Part shown: positions 26,615 through 40,168 of the stretch, piece after piece
How positions within the stretch are numbered: the first letter of the stretch is position 1
Layout of the letters: each line of letters opens with the position of its first letter
Assembly: GCF_009914755.1 (NCBI RefSeq)
Contig: NC_060944.1
Origin: the human T2T-CHM13v2.0 reference genome, Homo sapiens
Reading direction: 5' to 3' (one strand)
Length of the DNA: 64,000 nt
Position numbers and translations under genes: made by a program
The notes under the pieces: generated by a model
The model's database searches: none
Told to the model about the DNA's origin: nothing
The model's input: the letters and a program-made list of their open reading frames with translations, nothing else

Positions 26615-27010
26615 TGTAGTATCAGTCAACTGTTGCTGCATAAGAAGCCAGCCCAAAACTCGATGACATACACCAAACCTTTATTCACACATTCAAGGTT
26701 ATGAAGGTTTGGCTCAGATGTGTTTCATGAGTGTTCATTCTGGACCCCAGAACAAAGAGGCAGCAGCTACCAGGGTCATAGTCTACTCATGAAAGAAGTT
26801 GGAAGCTTCCACAGGGTATTCCTCTGAAGGTATATACTATAAGCTCTACTTACATTCCATTGGTAAAACAAATTGTATGGCCAACCTTGACACCCATGGC
26901 ACAGGGAAATAAACGCTGCCTTTAGTAAGAAGAATGGCTAAGTCACATGGGAAAAGGTATGGATACAGAGAAGGGTGAAAAACTGGAAACAATAATTCAA
27001 AGGACCACAT
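26615..27010 (-). mobile_element. MLT1 (ERVL-MaLR) LTR
   Basis: gtatcagtcaactgttgctgcataag...cccaaaact, cattccattggtaaaacaaattgtatggccaacc, aagtcacatgg. Confidence 0.7.
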
Positions 27011-27014
27011 TTGT

Positions 27015-27170
27015 TAAACCTTTAACACATTATCACACAAGCTGAGAAAACCCCTAAGGAGTTGGCCCTATTATTACTTTAATTTACAGATAATGAAATC
27101 ATGGCTTAGAAAGGCCAGGAAAGTTATCCAAGGTAATTCTGTTAATAAGTGACCATGATAAAGCTCTAAA
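27015..27170 (-). mobile_element. MIR fragment
   Basis: tattattactttaatttacagataatgaaatcatggcttagaaagg. Confidence 0.65.
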
Positions 27171-30100
27171 TGTATTTAAACCTTAATATAACCCCAGAAG
27201 CACAAAATATTTACTCAAGTCTCTGTAAGAGGCTTTGAATAGTATTACAAGGCATGTTACCTGAGCCACACCCTTAGGATCCCCTTGTCCACCTGCACCT
27301 GAAATCTTCATTCCTCCGGGTGGCTGTTCCCAACCTCTCTTGTCTGTGTTTCCAGATATACACACAAAACAAATTCCATCAGCACTTCCTTTTCTATCTC
27401 AGAAAGAATCTTGGCCAAACCTGGCCTCCTACCCATTTCCTTCTCCATTAGGGACATCAATTAATATCATAAATTCATTGGCATTTCTTAAAATAATTGA
27501 AAATAGCAAAAGTGTAACTAGCATTGCCTCATTACAAATTGCTTGGTCAGTCATTAAGAAGGTGCATGTTTTGTGACTCCTACAACCTTTTGCTTCTTAC
27601 CAAAAATACCTGCTTTTCATTTTCCAACTTTTACAGGATTCTGAAAGCAAGTTGGACTCACTGAAGTGCTGATAGGTTGACCTTCACTCCCCTCACTTCT
27701 GACCTTCACTTCGTGCTGTTTCTTCCCCTCTGCCTTTTTCTCCTATCTCACCCCCAACTTCTACTTCTAGTGTGAATCAAGTCTGCAACGTGACTACCTG
27801 TATTCTAAATTTTCTTGAATATTTAAACATCCTTTGTGCAGCCATCAGGGCCCAAACCAAGAGATTTCATCACCACTCCTCACCTACATATTCTCAATCC
27901 CCAGATCACTAACTCACTGAACCAAGATGAGTTGGGATATCTCCAAAGGCATTGTTATGTTTGTTTGTTTGGTATCTTATGGAGATGCTTAACATTGTAC
28001 ATTGATGTAGATTGGATGGGCCTCAGAGTTCAAGAGAATAGTGATGATTGTGGACTAGTTTAGAAACTGCCTGATGATATTTCCTGACACAGGGCTCATT
28101 GAGGAGGGCATCTCAGCAGATAATGCTCAGCAGTGCCTTGGCCTGTGGATTAATGGGTCAACCTAGAAAGTAGCACTTCAGAGTGTTTGAAGGACCACTT
28201 GGCCTTTCTTTGCCCTCTGTGAGGTGCTCCTGGATGTGGGCAGAGGCACCTGATTTTTCTCAAGGGCCTGTTCTCTTCCACCCTCTGACTTCCACTCCCA
28301 TCAATATTACCCATTTCAGTTTTGGTTAACTTTAATATTTTTCTATTTGTGGATCATGAAATAATAGAACATTTGATCCACCAACCATTATTAGTATAGT
28401 AACAATGGAAAGTGTAAAACTAATGAAATGTTTTAGAACTTAATCAGAGGCAAGAATGAATGGGGGACATGACATGTAGAGTTCACCTAGATTCTAGTTT
28501 TTGTTTACAAATAACCTTTCTGTAACATTCAAAAACTTATTTATTAATTTTAATTTAAAAAGCCTTTTAATTAAAATAAAGTCTCATTTAGTAAAAGTTC
28601 ACTTACATTATATGTATAGTAATTAGACACTTCTCTAACTTCATAAATGTAATGGACCTTTGTCTAACACATAGTTTCTCAGTTGATATTTCCTTCTTTT
28701 TATATTCTAATAAAGCAGCAAAGTATCTGTAGCCACAGCTGCAGTTATGTCTGTGTCTTTATTTTAAAATGGATATACTTCCCCATATATTCCTGTAATA
28801 GAAACTCTTCTTCCTTAAACAGTTAATTTTTATAGATGAATTGATTAGCTTATCTTGGGGGAATTCTTTAGCCGTCAGTTGGAAGATGAGCTAGGCTTGG
28901 CTTTTGGAATACTTAAATGTTGTTCCAACTTATTTCAGACAGCGAGAAGACCTAAACAATTTTCCCAAAGCCTAAATTCACAGGAATCACAACTTTGCAT
29001 TTGTTTCAAAAGAAGACATGTAACTTTTCCCTACACTAAGCTTAGAGAAATGTGGCTTCTTCCTTATGTTTACTTTGTCACTCAAAATAACAACAACAAA
29101 AAGAGAACTTTGGAGATCTTTGAAATTTGTGTAACATGGAAATCTTCAAGTTGCTCAAGTTCTACAAATTTTGAGAGTCATTCGCAGTGGAAGTAAGTAG
29201 GCAATCGTTAGCACATCTGTAAAATGGTATCCACAGTTTTCTTTGAATCATTGTTGATTTGCTGTGCCCCAGATCTGCATGGTAATAAGATATTCACATA
29301 CTTTTAAGTAGTTTAAAATGTTATACCTATTATTCATTGAAAAATCGAGTATCAATCTAAGTGAACTTTCCCCAGCTCTGTCATTTCCAGGAATAGTTAC
29401 TACTCTGAGAACAGAAGATTCTCTGCCATTGTTTTATGAAAATTCCTTTCACCTAAAAATTCGTGGTCTTCTCATAGTCTAGGCTTCTTCAATCAGTTCT
29501 GGTCTCCTGCCTCAGCAGTGACCAGGTAGAGAAGCCGGCCAAGGGTGGGAAAGGGCAAAAAGGAAGATGCTGGAGCCAATCAGCTCCTGTTTCAGTGGCT
29601 GGCATTGCCTGTAAATTTTTTTTTTAATCAAGCTTTCTATGTTTTCATGACGATGGCAGGAATCAGGCCATTAGAGTTGATGGAGGGGACTTGGGACAAT
29701 CACACACTCTGCACTTCTCTCCACTTCTTTCTGGATTAGGAAAAGTTTCAGCTCCATTTTAAGAAGAAGTGTGTCTGTTCTGTAGTGAGATCCAAAGGCA
29801 GCTCTGAAAATCCCAGATTCAAAATATCATCCCCTTCCCCATCTTTCAGAAGACTTTACTGGCTCTTTAATCCTTCAGGAATTTTATGCTCTTCTTTAAT
29901 CAATTCAAGGAAAGATTTCTGAACTTTTTTAGTTGCCAATGAGATGCAAGTAAAAGCCAGAATGGACAAAATGTAAAAAAGAGTGACAACATCAAGTGCT
30001 GCCAATGCTGTGAAGCAACTGGAACGTTTATATGTTGCTAGTACCAATGCCTTGTTTTCCTAGTTACTTTTTCATTTACATGTGTGTATGTACCTACTTT

Positions 30101-30255
30101 TTAATTTGATGATTCGGAATAAAATAACTCCATTTTTTTGTCTTATTCCTTTGCTACATCTCTTCCCACCCAATTATATTTTTGACTCAGTAAGTAAAAA
30201 ACAAAATATACACACTGCAAAATGATGAAAGTAGATTCAGTTTGTGTTTGGCATA

Positions 30256-31476
30256 AGAGAGGGAAAAATGACTTCCCTCAAACCTCCTAGGTTCTTTGGC
30301 TGAGCTATGAATTACATTGACATGAAACAGCTTAAAATGAGAAAAACCATTTTAATTACATATGTACCCACATATGCGTGCAAGTTCCACAAAAATACGA
30401 TATTCACAAAAGGATATAATTGTGATCTGAGAAACCAAAATAGATGCTCCTTTATCAATTAAGACGAGCCCTAAGATTAAGAAAACAAAAGTTACCTACA
30501 GGTGGAGGGTTCCAGGCTCAGCTAGCAAGGCAGGTTTCTAAGTTCCTACAACATATAAGAAAAACCACACCCTTGCTAAACTCCCTAACCATAGAAGCTA
30601 TCAGGCTGATTTACAACCCAGACCACTACAACTCTGTTTGGGTACAGGACCATCCTTACAAACATTCTTTTATAATGGGCTGTTTCAGACCTCAAGCCAG
30701 TTTTATCTACTTATAGAGGCTGTGCACAGACTGTCTTTCTATCCTGTAATTCACCTTTTGACATAAAACCAAATTCTACCTTATTTTAATGCTAAAACCC
30801 TGCCCTAAAGTGAACATGGACTGTATGGTTATGTATATGTTTACCCATTGCACTTGTACTCAGCAACCCTCATAAATATGTATAGCTTTTCCCCCAAACA
30901 TGCTGAATATGCATGATACTAGCCCTCTGAGGCATAAAATCCAACCTGTTTTTCCCCTCTTCAAAGAGAGACAGAGTACCTTCTATCCATGCTGGAAACT
31001 TTCTCTTTCCACTTGCAAATTGATATAATCAATAAAGCTCTCCTTTCTATTACTCCATCCTGGTGGTCTTTTGGATGACAGATTGAAGCTCAGAGAGCAG
31101 CATCTTTAGCTACAGAAAGCAACAAGGGCCTGGAGCTTCTGAGGAGTGGTGGAGACAAATTATGGAAGGGGAGGAGGAGGAGGAGGACATGTATGGTAAA
31201 TGAAGATTGTCTTGTTATGTAGACAAAAGCGTCTCAGATGGTAAAAGTCATCTCAGAGCAGCTGTCTTCCTGATACAGATACTCTTACTAATAAAAGTTT
31301 CCTTATAGATGTAAATTTCCTTTACAAAGGAACAGCTTTTCAGTGCTACTTCTGTGTCTGCAGTTTCTTAAAGTAACCAGCTTGAAATAATCAATATACT
31401 AAACAGCTATATTATATGGTGGCACATTCTAGTCTCCTGCAGTCATGTTTTGGGGTGGCATGTCCTGAACCCCAAC
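30256..31476 (-). mobile_element. ERV1 MER4-group solo LTR interrupted by a second LTR
   Basis: Terminus ggggtggcatgtcctgaaccccaaca (tgttggggttcagga on the minus strand), internal aagtaaccagcttgaaataatcaatat. Confidence 0.65.
30421..31080 (+). mobile_element. Nested ERV1 solo LTR (TG...CA, 660 bp)
   Basis: Begins tgtgatctgagaaaccaaaatagatg, has TATA-like gcataaaa and AATAAA near 31031, ends ggtggtcttttggatgaca. Confidence 0.75.
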
Positions 31477-31964
31477 ACTAATATATTTGGGATTGGTGAG
31501 GACTCTACCTTTGAGCAAAAGCAACAGAAAGTTTTGTTCAAGATTTTTTATTGTTCCTCTTTGTCTGTCAGAGCAACTTTGCCAGCTCTATTTTCTGCAA
31601 GGTGTTTCTAAGTGCACGTTTTTAGGAACTCAGGAGTGATACCTTAGCTTTTTCTTCTCATTGGTCTGGAGATATGGTCTTCAAGTCTACTGAGGGGTAT
31701 AAAGGGTTATGCAAGGATATGGAAGATTTCTGGGGTCTTTACAGCTGGGTAATATGGCCATATGTGGGCATTGTCTACATAGGTTTGTCATCACACGAAC
31801 AGGCTGCCTGAGTATGCTGAAACAGAGAAAAATCTCTGTGTTCATCACCAGTGTTATTAAAAAATGTTTCCTCTTTTCCTTCTGGATCTGGATGTTGGGT
31901 ATAGTCATATATTATCTGCTTTAGCCAAGGACATGAGAAGTTATTCCAAGTTACCTATAGGAGA

Positions 31965-32212
31965 AAGCTTTCAGAGTCGGTGTGAGATTCACCATTCTCT
32001 GTCTTTCCATTTGCCACAGTGGCCAGCAATATTCCAAATAGAGGCTCTTTTGTCAGCCTGGTTCCCAGCATGAAGACAGTGCTGAACTCAGCCCCCAGCT
32101 GACCCATGATGGACATGTAGCATGAGCAATAAATTAAACCTTTGATGTTTTAGCCCACTGAGTTTTCTTTGTTTTTGTTACTGCAGCATAACTTAGCTCA
32201 TCCTGAACTTTA
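31965..32212 (+). mobile_element. MLT1 (J/I-like) LTR 3' half
   Basis: gacccatgatggacatgtagcatgag...aaacctttgatg...ttgttactgcagcataacttagc. Confidence 0.75.
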
Positions 32213-32827
32213 CAGATGGGTCCAATAATTGGTGTCTGAAAGACCAATTTTATTAACATGCCTCAAACAATAGAGCTTCATACACCAGAGAGCACAATCA
32301 TTCCCAGGAGACAAATGGGGCTGGAAAGACACCTGATGATTCAGAATCCTGGGGCACAGAGGAACAACATCCTTCCTCGTCCTGCCATTCTTTGCCAAAC
32401 TCCCAAGCACAAGTGAATCATGGTTCAGTGACTCATTGTGTGAATAGGGTCACAGAGAATCCCTAAACCATTGCTTTTCATATCAGGAGTCCAACAGTCT
32501 TTCAGGTTGCCCCTGGCTGAGGGCTTTGAGGATTTAGTGGAGTTTTCTGGTAAATCATAGCTATTCTAATTTAGGTTTCAGCCCAACTAGATGCTTCCTA
32601 CTGTCCCTGGTAAGGAATGGAACTGGCTCACAGTAAATGTAGCTGTTTAGTAATAGATGTAGATATTCTTATTATCCTCTCTAGGTCTTCTATTCTGATT
32701 TCTTATTTTTAAGATTAAGAATTTAATGTCTAGAAAAGTTAAGTGACCATGTCATAGCTATACAGAAAATAAGTGGCAGAGTCTGGCTTGGAAGCCAAGC
32801 CCCAAGTCCCTGTTAAAAGCCTTTTGA

Positions 32828-33129
32828 GGCCGGGTGCGGTGGCTCACGCCTGTAATCCCAGCACTTTGGGAGGCTGAGGGGGCAGATCACAAGGTCAGGA
32901 GATCGAGACCATCCTGGCTAACGCAGTGAAACCCCGTCTCTACTAAAAATACAAAAAAATTAGCTGGGCGTGGTGGCAGGCGCCTGTAGTCCCAGCTACT
33001 CGGGAGGCGAGGCAGGAGAATGGCATGAACCCGGGAGGCGGAGCTTGCAGTGAGTGAGATCGCGCCACTGCACTCCAGCCTGGGTGACACAGTGAGACTC
33101 CTTCTCAAAGAAAAAAAGAAAAAAAAAAA
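32828..33129 (+). mobile_element. AluY, full length
   Basis: Y diagnostics gagatcgagaccatcctggctaac, gagaatggc and ggagcttgcagtg; CpGs retained; TSD aaaagccttttga / aaaagacttttga. Confidence 0.95.
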
Positions 33130-35699
33130 GACTTTTGACACACACACACATAACTGTGTGTTTGTCAGGAACCAGAACAGAAACAGAAGGTGGGTTATCC
33201 CTACTTGTGGTTCTCACAACACCTTTTGCAAGTGATCCCTAATCAAGCCATGAGGGCTATTTGCACCAGTGTATGGTTGGGATACCTACCTAAGAAATAA
33301 GTTAGAAAGTTTGAGAACTGGGGTAAGAAGATAGAGGAGAGAAGGAACGTCATTCACCCACAAGTGATTTTACAATTCAGACTTCACTAGCTACAGCAGA
33401 AAAGAATTGGCTTTAGTTTCTAGTGCAGATCCACATTCATAGTGAAATCTAAGGTCTGTGGACCTTATCTCAGCCACTGCTAGTTGTCACTGGAGAAACC
33501 ATGCCAGAATGAAGGACAAGATGAGGTCAGGAACCTCCCAAATGATTAGAAGCATAAGGTCAGCTCTCAGGTCTCAAGAGAACTGCTGTAAATGATGAGT
33601 GACTTATAGCCACTGACTTGGATAAAAAGAAAATTGGCTGGCTTCCCCCTCTGCTAATCAGTGAGCCTATGTGTCAGGAGCTGCCTGGAAAAAGGGTGGT
33701 GAATGGGGAGGAGAGTTGCAGAGACCGTCTCTAAGGAGAGGGGCAACAGATAATCCACGCTTCTGAGGGTCTCTTACTTTACACATCTCCCAAAGTCTTT
33801 GCCTCTCACCAGAAATCTAGCTTTTGTTCTTCCCTATATTTGCCCAGAGGATGAAATGACAAAGGTTAGAAGTCACCAAAAGTAGAACGGATGAAAGCGA
33901 ATGGTGCACACGAACATTTATCACATCTAAGCAGTTCTTACCTGAAAAGTTGTTAAGATTTCATGATTCAGGAAGATTTTGTTTGTGTAGGTGGCTACTT
34001 TTTAATTCACCTTCATTCAAAATGAAATAATCCCAATGATGGTTTTGTCTTATTTATGTTATCTACTTCCAATTATTTGTATGGTTTAGTAACTAAAAAA
34101 CAAAATGTACACTCTCTGCTAAATGATGAAAGTGGGCCCAGTCAGTGTTTGGCGTATACCCTGTATATCTTTATTACTGGATTACCTTTACTCCCTGAAC
34201 TTGAATCCCTCCCACAGGAATTTCTATTCCTGGGAGATGCTTTACAACATTTGAACACTGAGGAAGTGCTGAAAACATGAGATGAAAACAGGAAACTTCC
34301 CCAGCAGTGAAAGGCTGTCTGGATTCCTGCTTAGCTCTTCTGTCACTCTTATCTCTGGAGGCTTTGTAATAACATCTGTCACTCCAACCACAAACCTCCT
34401 TGAAGCCCAACTTTTCCCAAGGAAGGTGATTCTCTGGGGTGTGCCAACCTGGCCTAGTGACTGATTTCACCACCTTGAGCCTTCCAGACAAAGTTCACAA
34501 TCTCAGGCTTGCTCGAGATGGGCTCAACTGAGACCAAAAGAACAAAGTTGCACTGTATAATAAAATTTTAAAAAATATAGTTTCTTTCTACACACAGCCC
34601 AAGAGGGAGAAGGCAGGATTCATGAAATGAGAAGAAGATAAGATAATTAGAGGAGACTAGGGACCCAAATCACAGATGATGGCCAATTCCAGGATGTGAG
34701 AGTGGCTTGCATATTTTTGACAACACTGCTGGCTAATGCAATATTAAAATGTTTTCTGTTCTATGTTCTGTGTTTTCTCCTGTCCCACCATTATCCTTAC
34801 TCTTTGACACAGTTCTATTGCCTTAGACGAGTGGCACTTTGAGGAAACTGATTAAATTGATTGACATATGGGTTAGCACAGAATGGAGAAGCATGAACAT
34901 CAGCCAAGGGCTGTGAGATAAGAGAGTTCAAGAATTAATCAGAAGCAGAACACTGCAACAGAAGGTGACTTGGAGAAGGGAAACTTGGACCACCTCCTCC
35001 TCCTCCCCACTCCATGGGGAGAATGGAGTGAATCCCCAAATATACGGAGGGTAGGGGCAAAGGAATTTGAGTTTAGGACATCCTTTTAAATGTTGTGAGT
35101 TTGGACATCCTTTTTAAACGCTGTGGAGCAGGGTAAAACCTGCTGTCTCCGCGACGTTGGGGGTTATCCGAAGGAGACCTTTGCTGTGTATTTGTACTGA
35201 ACCATCATTTTCTTTATTTTTAAAGAAAAGTAGAATGCACACATGTAATACAATAGAAAGTAAACCTTATTGGCCATGCCTGTAAACAGAGACCATCTGA
35301 AAGAAACTATGTTTTTGATTACCCTGTATATTTCCAGCTCACCTTGATATTCTACAGACCTTTGATTTCAGTTTGGATCCCTTGGGCTTCTGGCTTCTAA
35401 ATTTTTATTTGCATTTTCTTTGTTAGATAAGTGAGAACCAAACCCAGTGAGGTATATGAACAAGCCATTTCACCTTTAGGGTTTTGGGATGAGGAGTAAA
35501 AATGCTGAGTGGGTTAATCTTGCCTGAAGGACCCAAGCTTATGCTTCAAATTTATTGAGATTCCACAAATCACTCACAGAAACTTAAACAACTGGGAACG
35601 GATCCCAGAGATGCAGAGTTGGAGGAGTGGCAGGGAGCAGAGCACGGTCATTTAAGGATGTTGGGTATGTGGCCAGGTAGACCTTTATTAAAATCCTTG

Positions 35700-36520
35700 T
35701 TCTTATTTATCATGCTATCATATTGATAACAACTCTGAGTCCCAGTTTCCTCCTCTGTAAAGGATGTAATAATGCTACCTGCGTATGTAATAAAATGCAT
35801 TTGGCACAGTTCCTGGCATATGGAAAGTACTCAACAATAGTAGCTGCTATTTTATGATTGATAATGTAATAATAATTATTATTATTTAATTCATGCCCCT
35901 CCTTTCATGGTGAGAAAATTTAGGCCCATGGAAGCTTGATGGGGCCACATAACTCATAGTTAGAGCTGGAATTAGATATCCCAACTCCGCATCCTGCTTT
36001 CATTCAATGAGTTTGTAAAATTTCTCACAGCTCTTGCCAAGCTGTGGTTCAGTTTTGTCTTGCACGATGTCTGTATGACTTACCAGGGAGAAAAGATGAT
36101 GCAGAGATATGACCAAATGGGTCTGTGGAGCAGTGGATGACTGGGGACACGCCATGTTGGTGAGCTCACTGTGCAGGCTTCCTGCCTTTCCTAGTCTGCC
36201 CTTCCCTTCGAAACCAGATACTCTCACCTGGAAACTATGCATCCTTTTTGACCGTGATGCCCCACCAGTGTTCCAACCCGATCTATGGCTCGAGCAGCTG
36301 TTTACCTTCCTCAGACCTTGACCTCACATTTTCTAATGAAGGAGAACAGTATGATGTAGTGGAAAGAACAGTGAGGTGAGAGTTGAGAAATACCAGTTTC
36401 TAGTTCTGGTATACTCTTCAACCAGTGGGCACTAGAGATAACTTAACCTCTCTGAACGGCAGTTTATTTCTCTAAAAAATGAGGGGATTCAATTAAGAAA
36501 TCTCTCTTGAGCATGAATTT
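35700..36520. mobile_element. Cluster of MIR fragments (about 35735-35850 +, 35895-35995 -, 36345-36510 +)
   Basis: cagtttcctcctctgtaaa...ggcacagttcctggcatatgg and atgtagtggaaagaaca...acttaacctctctga. Confidence 0.6.
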
Positions 36521-36809
36521 CTGTATCTATTAAAAAAGGAGCAATGAATACTTGCTAAGTATACATGGATCTAACTACGCTGTTGTTTCATGTTTCATTG
36601 TTTTGTGAAAATGGAGAAAAGAAGCAGTGTAGTGGATTTTTTTTTACACAAATAGAAATTTGTTATAAATTTAAAAATTCTTTTAAATAGGTGGTCGTTG
36701 GCAAACCTTTACAAAATAAAAGGCATCAGTGTGTCTTTCTTTGGTGGATTTTTGTGAAGCAAGTAGGTAATTTCCCGCATAAAATTAAGATGCTAGCTCT
36801 TTTATTTAG

Positions 36810-37042
36810 ACCCGGGTTTCTCAACCTCAGCACTACTGACATTTTGGGCCAAATCATTCTTTTGATGTGGACGCTGTCCTATGCATTGTAGGCTATTTAG
36901 CAGCATTCCTGGGCCTGCTACAAGCACATCCCCTTCCTGCTATGACAACCAGACTACTGTGACAACCAAATACATCTCCAGACATTGCCAAATTCCCAGG
37001 GAGTAGGGTGAAATAAATACACCCCCTGGTTGAGAACCTGCT
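36810..37042. mobile_element. MER20 (hAT-Charlie)
   Basis: tttctcaacctcagcactactgacattttgggcc...gtgacaaccaaa...ctccagacattgccaaat...ccctggttgagaacc. Confidence 0.88.
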
Positions 37043-37106
37043 ATAGGCACATGTATGTGTTAATTTTAATGGAATGCTTCTGTGCTCCTAATCAATGTAT
37101 TTTTAT

Positions 37107-37640
37107 TGTATTAGTCAGGATACAATAAGCAGGCAGTAACAAACAAATTCCACGTGGCAATGCCTTAATGGAACAAGTTTATTTCTTGTTCCAAGGCAAC
37201 TGCCCTCCATGTGGTGATTGAACAGCCTAGGCTGCTTCCATTTGGATTCCATCATAAGGCCTCCAGGGCTGTGGAGACCTTTTAAGAAGGCACACAGAGG
37301 CTGGATGTGGTGGCGGGTGCCTGTAGTCCCAGCTACTAGGGAGGCTGAGGCGGGAGAATCACTTTAACCTGGGGGGTGGAGGTTGCAGTGAGCCAAGATT
37401 GCATCACTGCACTCCAGCCTGGTGACCGAGTGAGACTCCATCTCACAAAAAGAAAAAAAAAAAAAGCACACAGAGAACTCAATCTACTCTTGCATGATTT
37501 AGCCCAGAAGTGACACACTGCCCTTATATCCACAGAGCATGATGAGATTTGGTCTTATGGCTCTTTTAAACTACAAGGGGATGGAGGGAACACAGCCCAT
37601 AGGCACAAGACAATTTGGAGAGCAGTACTATATCTACCAC
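37107..37640 (-). mobile_element. MLT1 LTR interrupted by an Alu right arm
   Basis: tgtattagtcaggatac...gcagtaacaaacaa...aagtttatttcttg, ccagaagtgacacactgc, ends tatctaccaca. Confidence 0.75.
37299..37465 (+). mobile_element. Alu right monomer only (truncated or collapsed AluS)
   Basis: ggctggatgtggtggcgggtgcctgtagtcccagctact through to the A tail; TSD gcacacaga on both sides. Confidence 0.9.
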
Positions 37641-38747
37641 ACCATTTACAACTTGAAGAGTTGGATGCATATGGTGGAGGCCCAGAGGGAAGTTTCCATT
37701 TCTCTGTCATCTTTTATCTTGAGAGAGGCTACTAATCACTAGAACAGTGAATATACACAAATTCTTCCTTGTGCTTTGTGTTTTACTCTTTATTGAATAG
37801 ATGCTAATTCAAATCATCATGATGATATTTTAGTTGCTCAACAGTTATTTTGTAAAGTCTTACTCCACTCTTATTTCAACAAATTAAAGTCTCCAGGAAA
37901 GCCTAGAATATAAGCAATTAAAAATTAACCTGGAGTAGTTATAGTGGGATGAGTACTTTATTTTCTTAAGCTTTCAAACACACAGTGCCTAGTGGGACTA
38001 TGGAGAAGTTTGCAGACCTGTGATCTACTTTCTAAAGAACTTTCTCTGAGCAAATATAACCCAACTGATCTGGTTGTAACAACTGTTACATTGCTTGGAG
38101 AAAAGCAATGGGGAGGATGTACAGGAGCATCCATCTCCACAGGCTAGGAGAAGTCTAATTTCTCCCCGAGCCCCATTAGTAAAGTTGTTGGAATCCCAAC
38201 TGCTCCGGAAAGTCCCTTGTGGCTGATGAGACTGAGGAGCACGGGACCCTGGTGCTTTTGTTAACATTCTTGCCTCATGTCCCAAACCTCACATCATCCA
38301 TTGCCACTTGAATTATAGTTCCTACTCCTCAGTACATCTCTATCAGCATGAGCTGCCCAAATTCGCATTGTCTCCTTCCCAGGCCTTGGAACACCAATGG
38401 ACTCCCTCAGAAACTCAGATTCTCCTTCCATACCTGGAGGGATTAAGGCAGGTGTCCTGAGGCCATATGGAAGCAATTCTTCCCTGAATCTCCAGCACAG
38501 ATTTGCTTTCCCTTTCCTCACTTGGCTGCATTAATCCTCAACTCTTCCTGTAAATGAGTTTTCTGGGTTGGTTCTGTCTTTATGATCCTTCTCTTTGGGG
38601 GAAGCACTAGTAACAGTATCATTTGATATCATTAATTAAAAAGTGCCAAGCTACTTGCTTGTTGTTGAAAGTAGGTAATTTCTTTTCACCGATATAAAGT
38701 TAAAGCATCTTAGAATTTGGGGAAGAAAGAAATGAGCACCTGTGCTA

Positions 38748-39005
38748 AGGCAGCATGTAGAATGGTTTAAGAGGACAAATTTGGGTGCCAGATTGCTTTG
38801 GTTCATGACATCAATCTTATAAGCTGCTTGAACTTGAACACATTATTCAAGTTGACGGCCTCCATTTCCTCATCTGTAAAATGGGAATAATAATAGTACC
38901 TACTTCACCTCATTGGGCCATGATAATAAGTCTTAAAAGACTTAAATTTGTAAACCATTTAAAAGAGTGCCTGGCATGTAGTATATGCTGCATACATGTT
39001 GTTAA
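38748..39005 (+). mobile_element. MIR, near full length
   Basis: tttcctcatctgtaaaatgggaataataatagtacctac and agtgcctggcatgtagta. Confidence 0.85.
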
Positions 39006-39159
39006 ATTAAAATAGGTAGATAGATATGTTGATATTCCCCATTATAGTACAACTCTGCTATACAAAAAGAATTTGCTATATCCTGGAGAATCCTCAAGAG
39101 AAGGCCCAATTATGATTCTAGAAAGATAATAGAGGCCAACCAGAAAACCCTAGTTAGCT

Positions 39160-40168
39160 GGTAAAGCAGATGTCAGGTTGTTTGCCAACTTTAACATTGA
39201 AAAGTGAATTTTCTATTTGGCATTCTATTGTAAGGAAGAACTTTCCCTTCTCCAGAATGAAGAATTTTGACAATCGCAATATTGTCAAAATTATCATTGA
39301 ATACCAAAAATTAGGTGAAAGTCTGATGAGAAAGAGGACATTTACCTTGTCTTAAATTATCTTCCTAGATTTTATATATTGATTACAAAATGAAGCATAG
39401 TAACTTATCAGTGGAAAAACTTGGTAGACACTGCAGTAACTAAGTAATCAAAGCTGACATCACTAACAATGGAACAAACTGACCTTTATGTTTTGATGGG
39501 ATGTAATGAGAACATTACAAATGTAATGATCGCTTGTGTAATATTCCTGCCAAACTTTCATAAACTGACCTAATCCTAGGAAACATCAGATCAACCCAAA
39601 CTCAGAGACAAGTTATAAAGTAACAGTCCTCTATTCATCCAAGATGTCAATATCATGTAGACAAGAAACTATTGAGGGACTCTTTCCATTTAGTCTCTTA
39701 AAGGAGACTAAAATAATATGATAACTATATGCCATAGGTAATCCTGGACTTGGGGGGAGGGTTAGCTATAAAGGACAGTATTGGATCAGTTCATAAAATT
39801 GAATATGGATTCTAGATTAGATAATATGAATTATATTAATCATAAATGTACTAATTTTGATAATTACACTTTAGTTATATAAGACTATGTCCCTGTTCTT
39901 AGGAAATACACAATGAAGTACTTACTGTCAAATGATTCAGAAAATAATTTACGATATATGGATGTTTATTTCTTGTTCCAAGGCAATTGCCCTTCATGTG
40001 GTGATTGAACAGCCTAAGCTGTGTGTGTGTGTTGAAATAATTATAAAGTGAATGCATGAAAATATTGCAAATGGGGTATCTGGATGAAGAGTATTTAGAA
40101 TTTCTTGGTACTGTTCTTGGCATTTTTTTGGTGAATTTTAAATTGTTTGATATAAAAAATTAAAAATT
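39160..40168 (+). mobile_element. L1MC/ME 3' end
   Basis: cagtggaaaaacttggtagacac, aaacatcagatcaacccaaa, tctggatgaagagtat...ggtactgttcttg, A-rich end. Confidence 0.75.

Noticed and set aside
35068-35128. Short imperfect two-copy tandems here and at about 2330-2372, 25978-26018, 36936-36970 and 58900-58957 as CRISPR-like arrays
   Set aside because: Two-copy slippage duplications without unique spacers; eukaryotic DNA with no cas genes.
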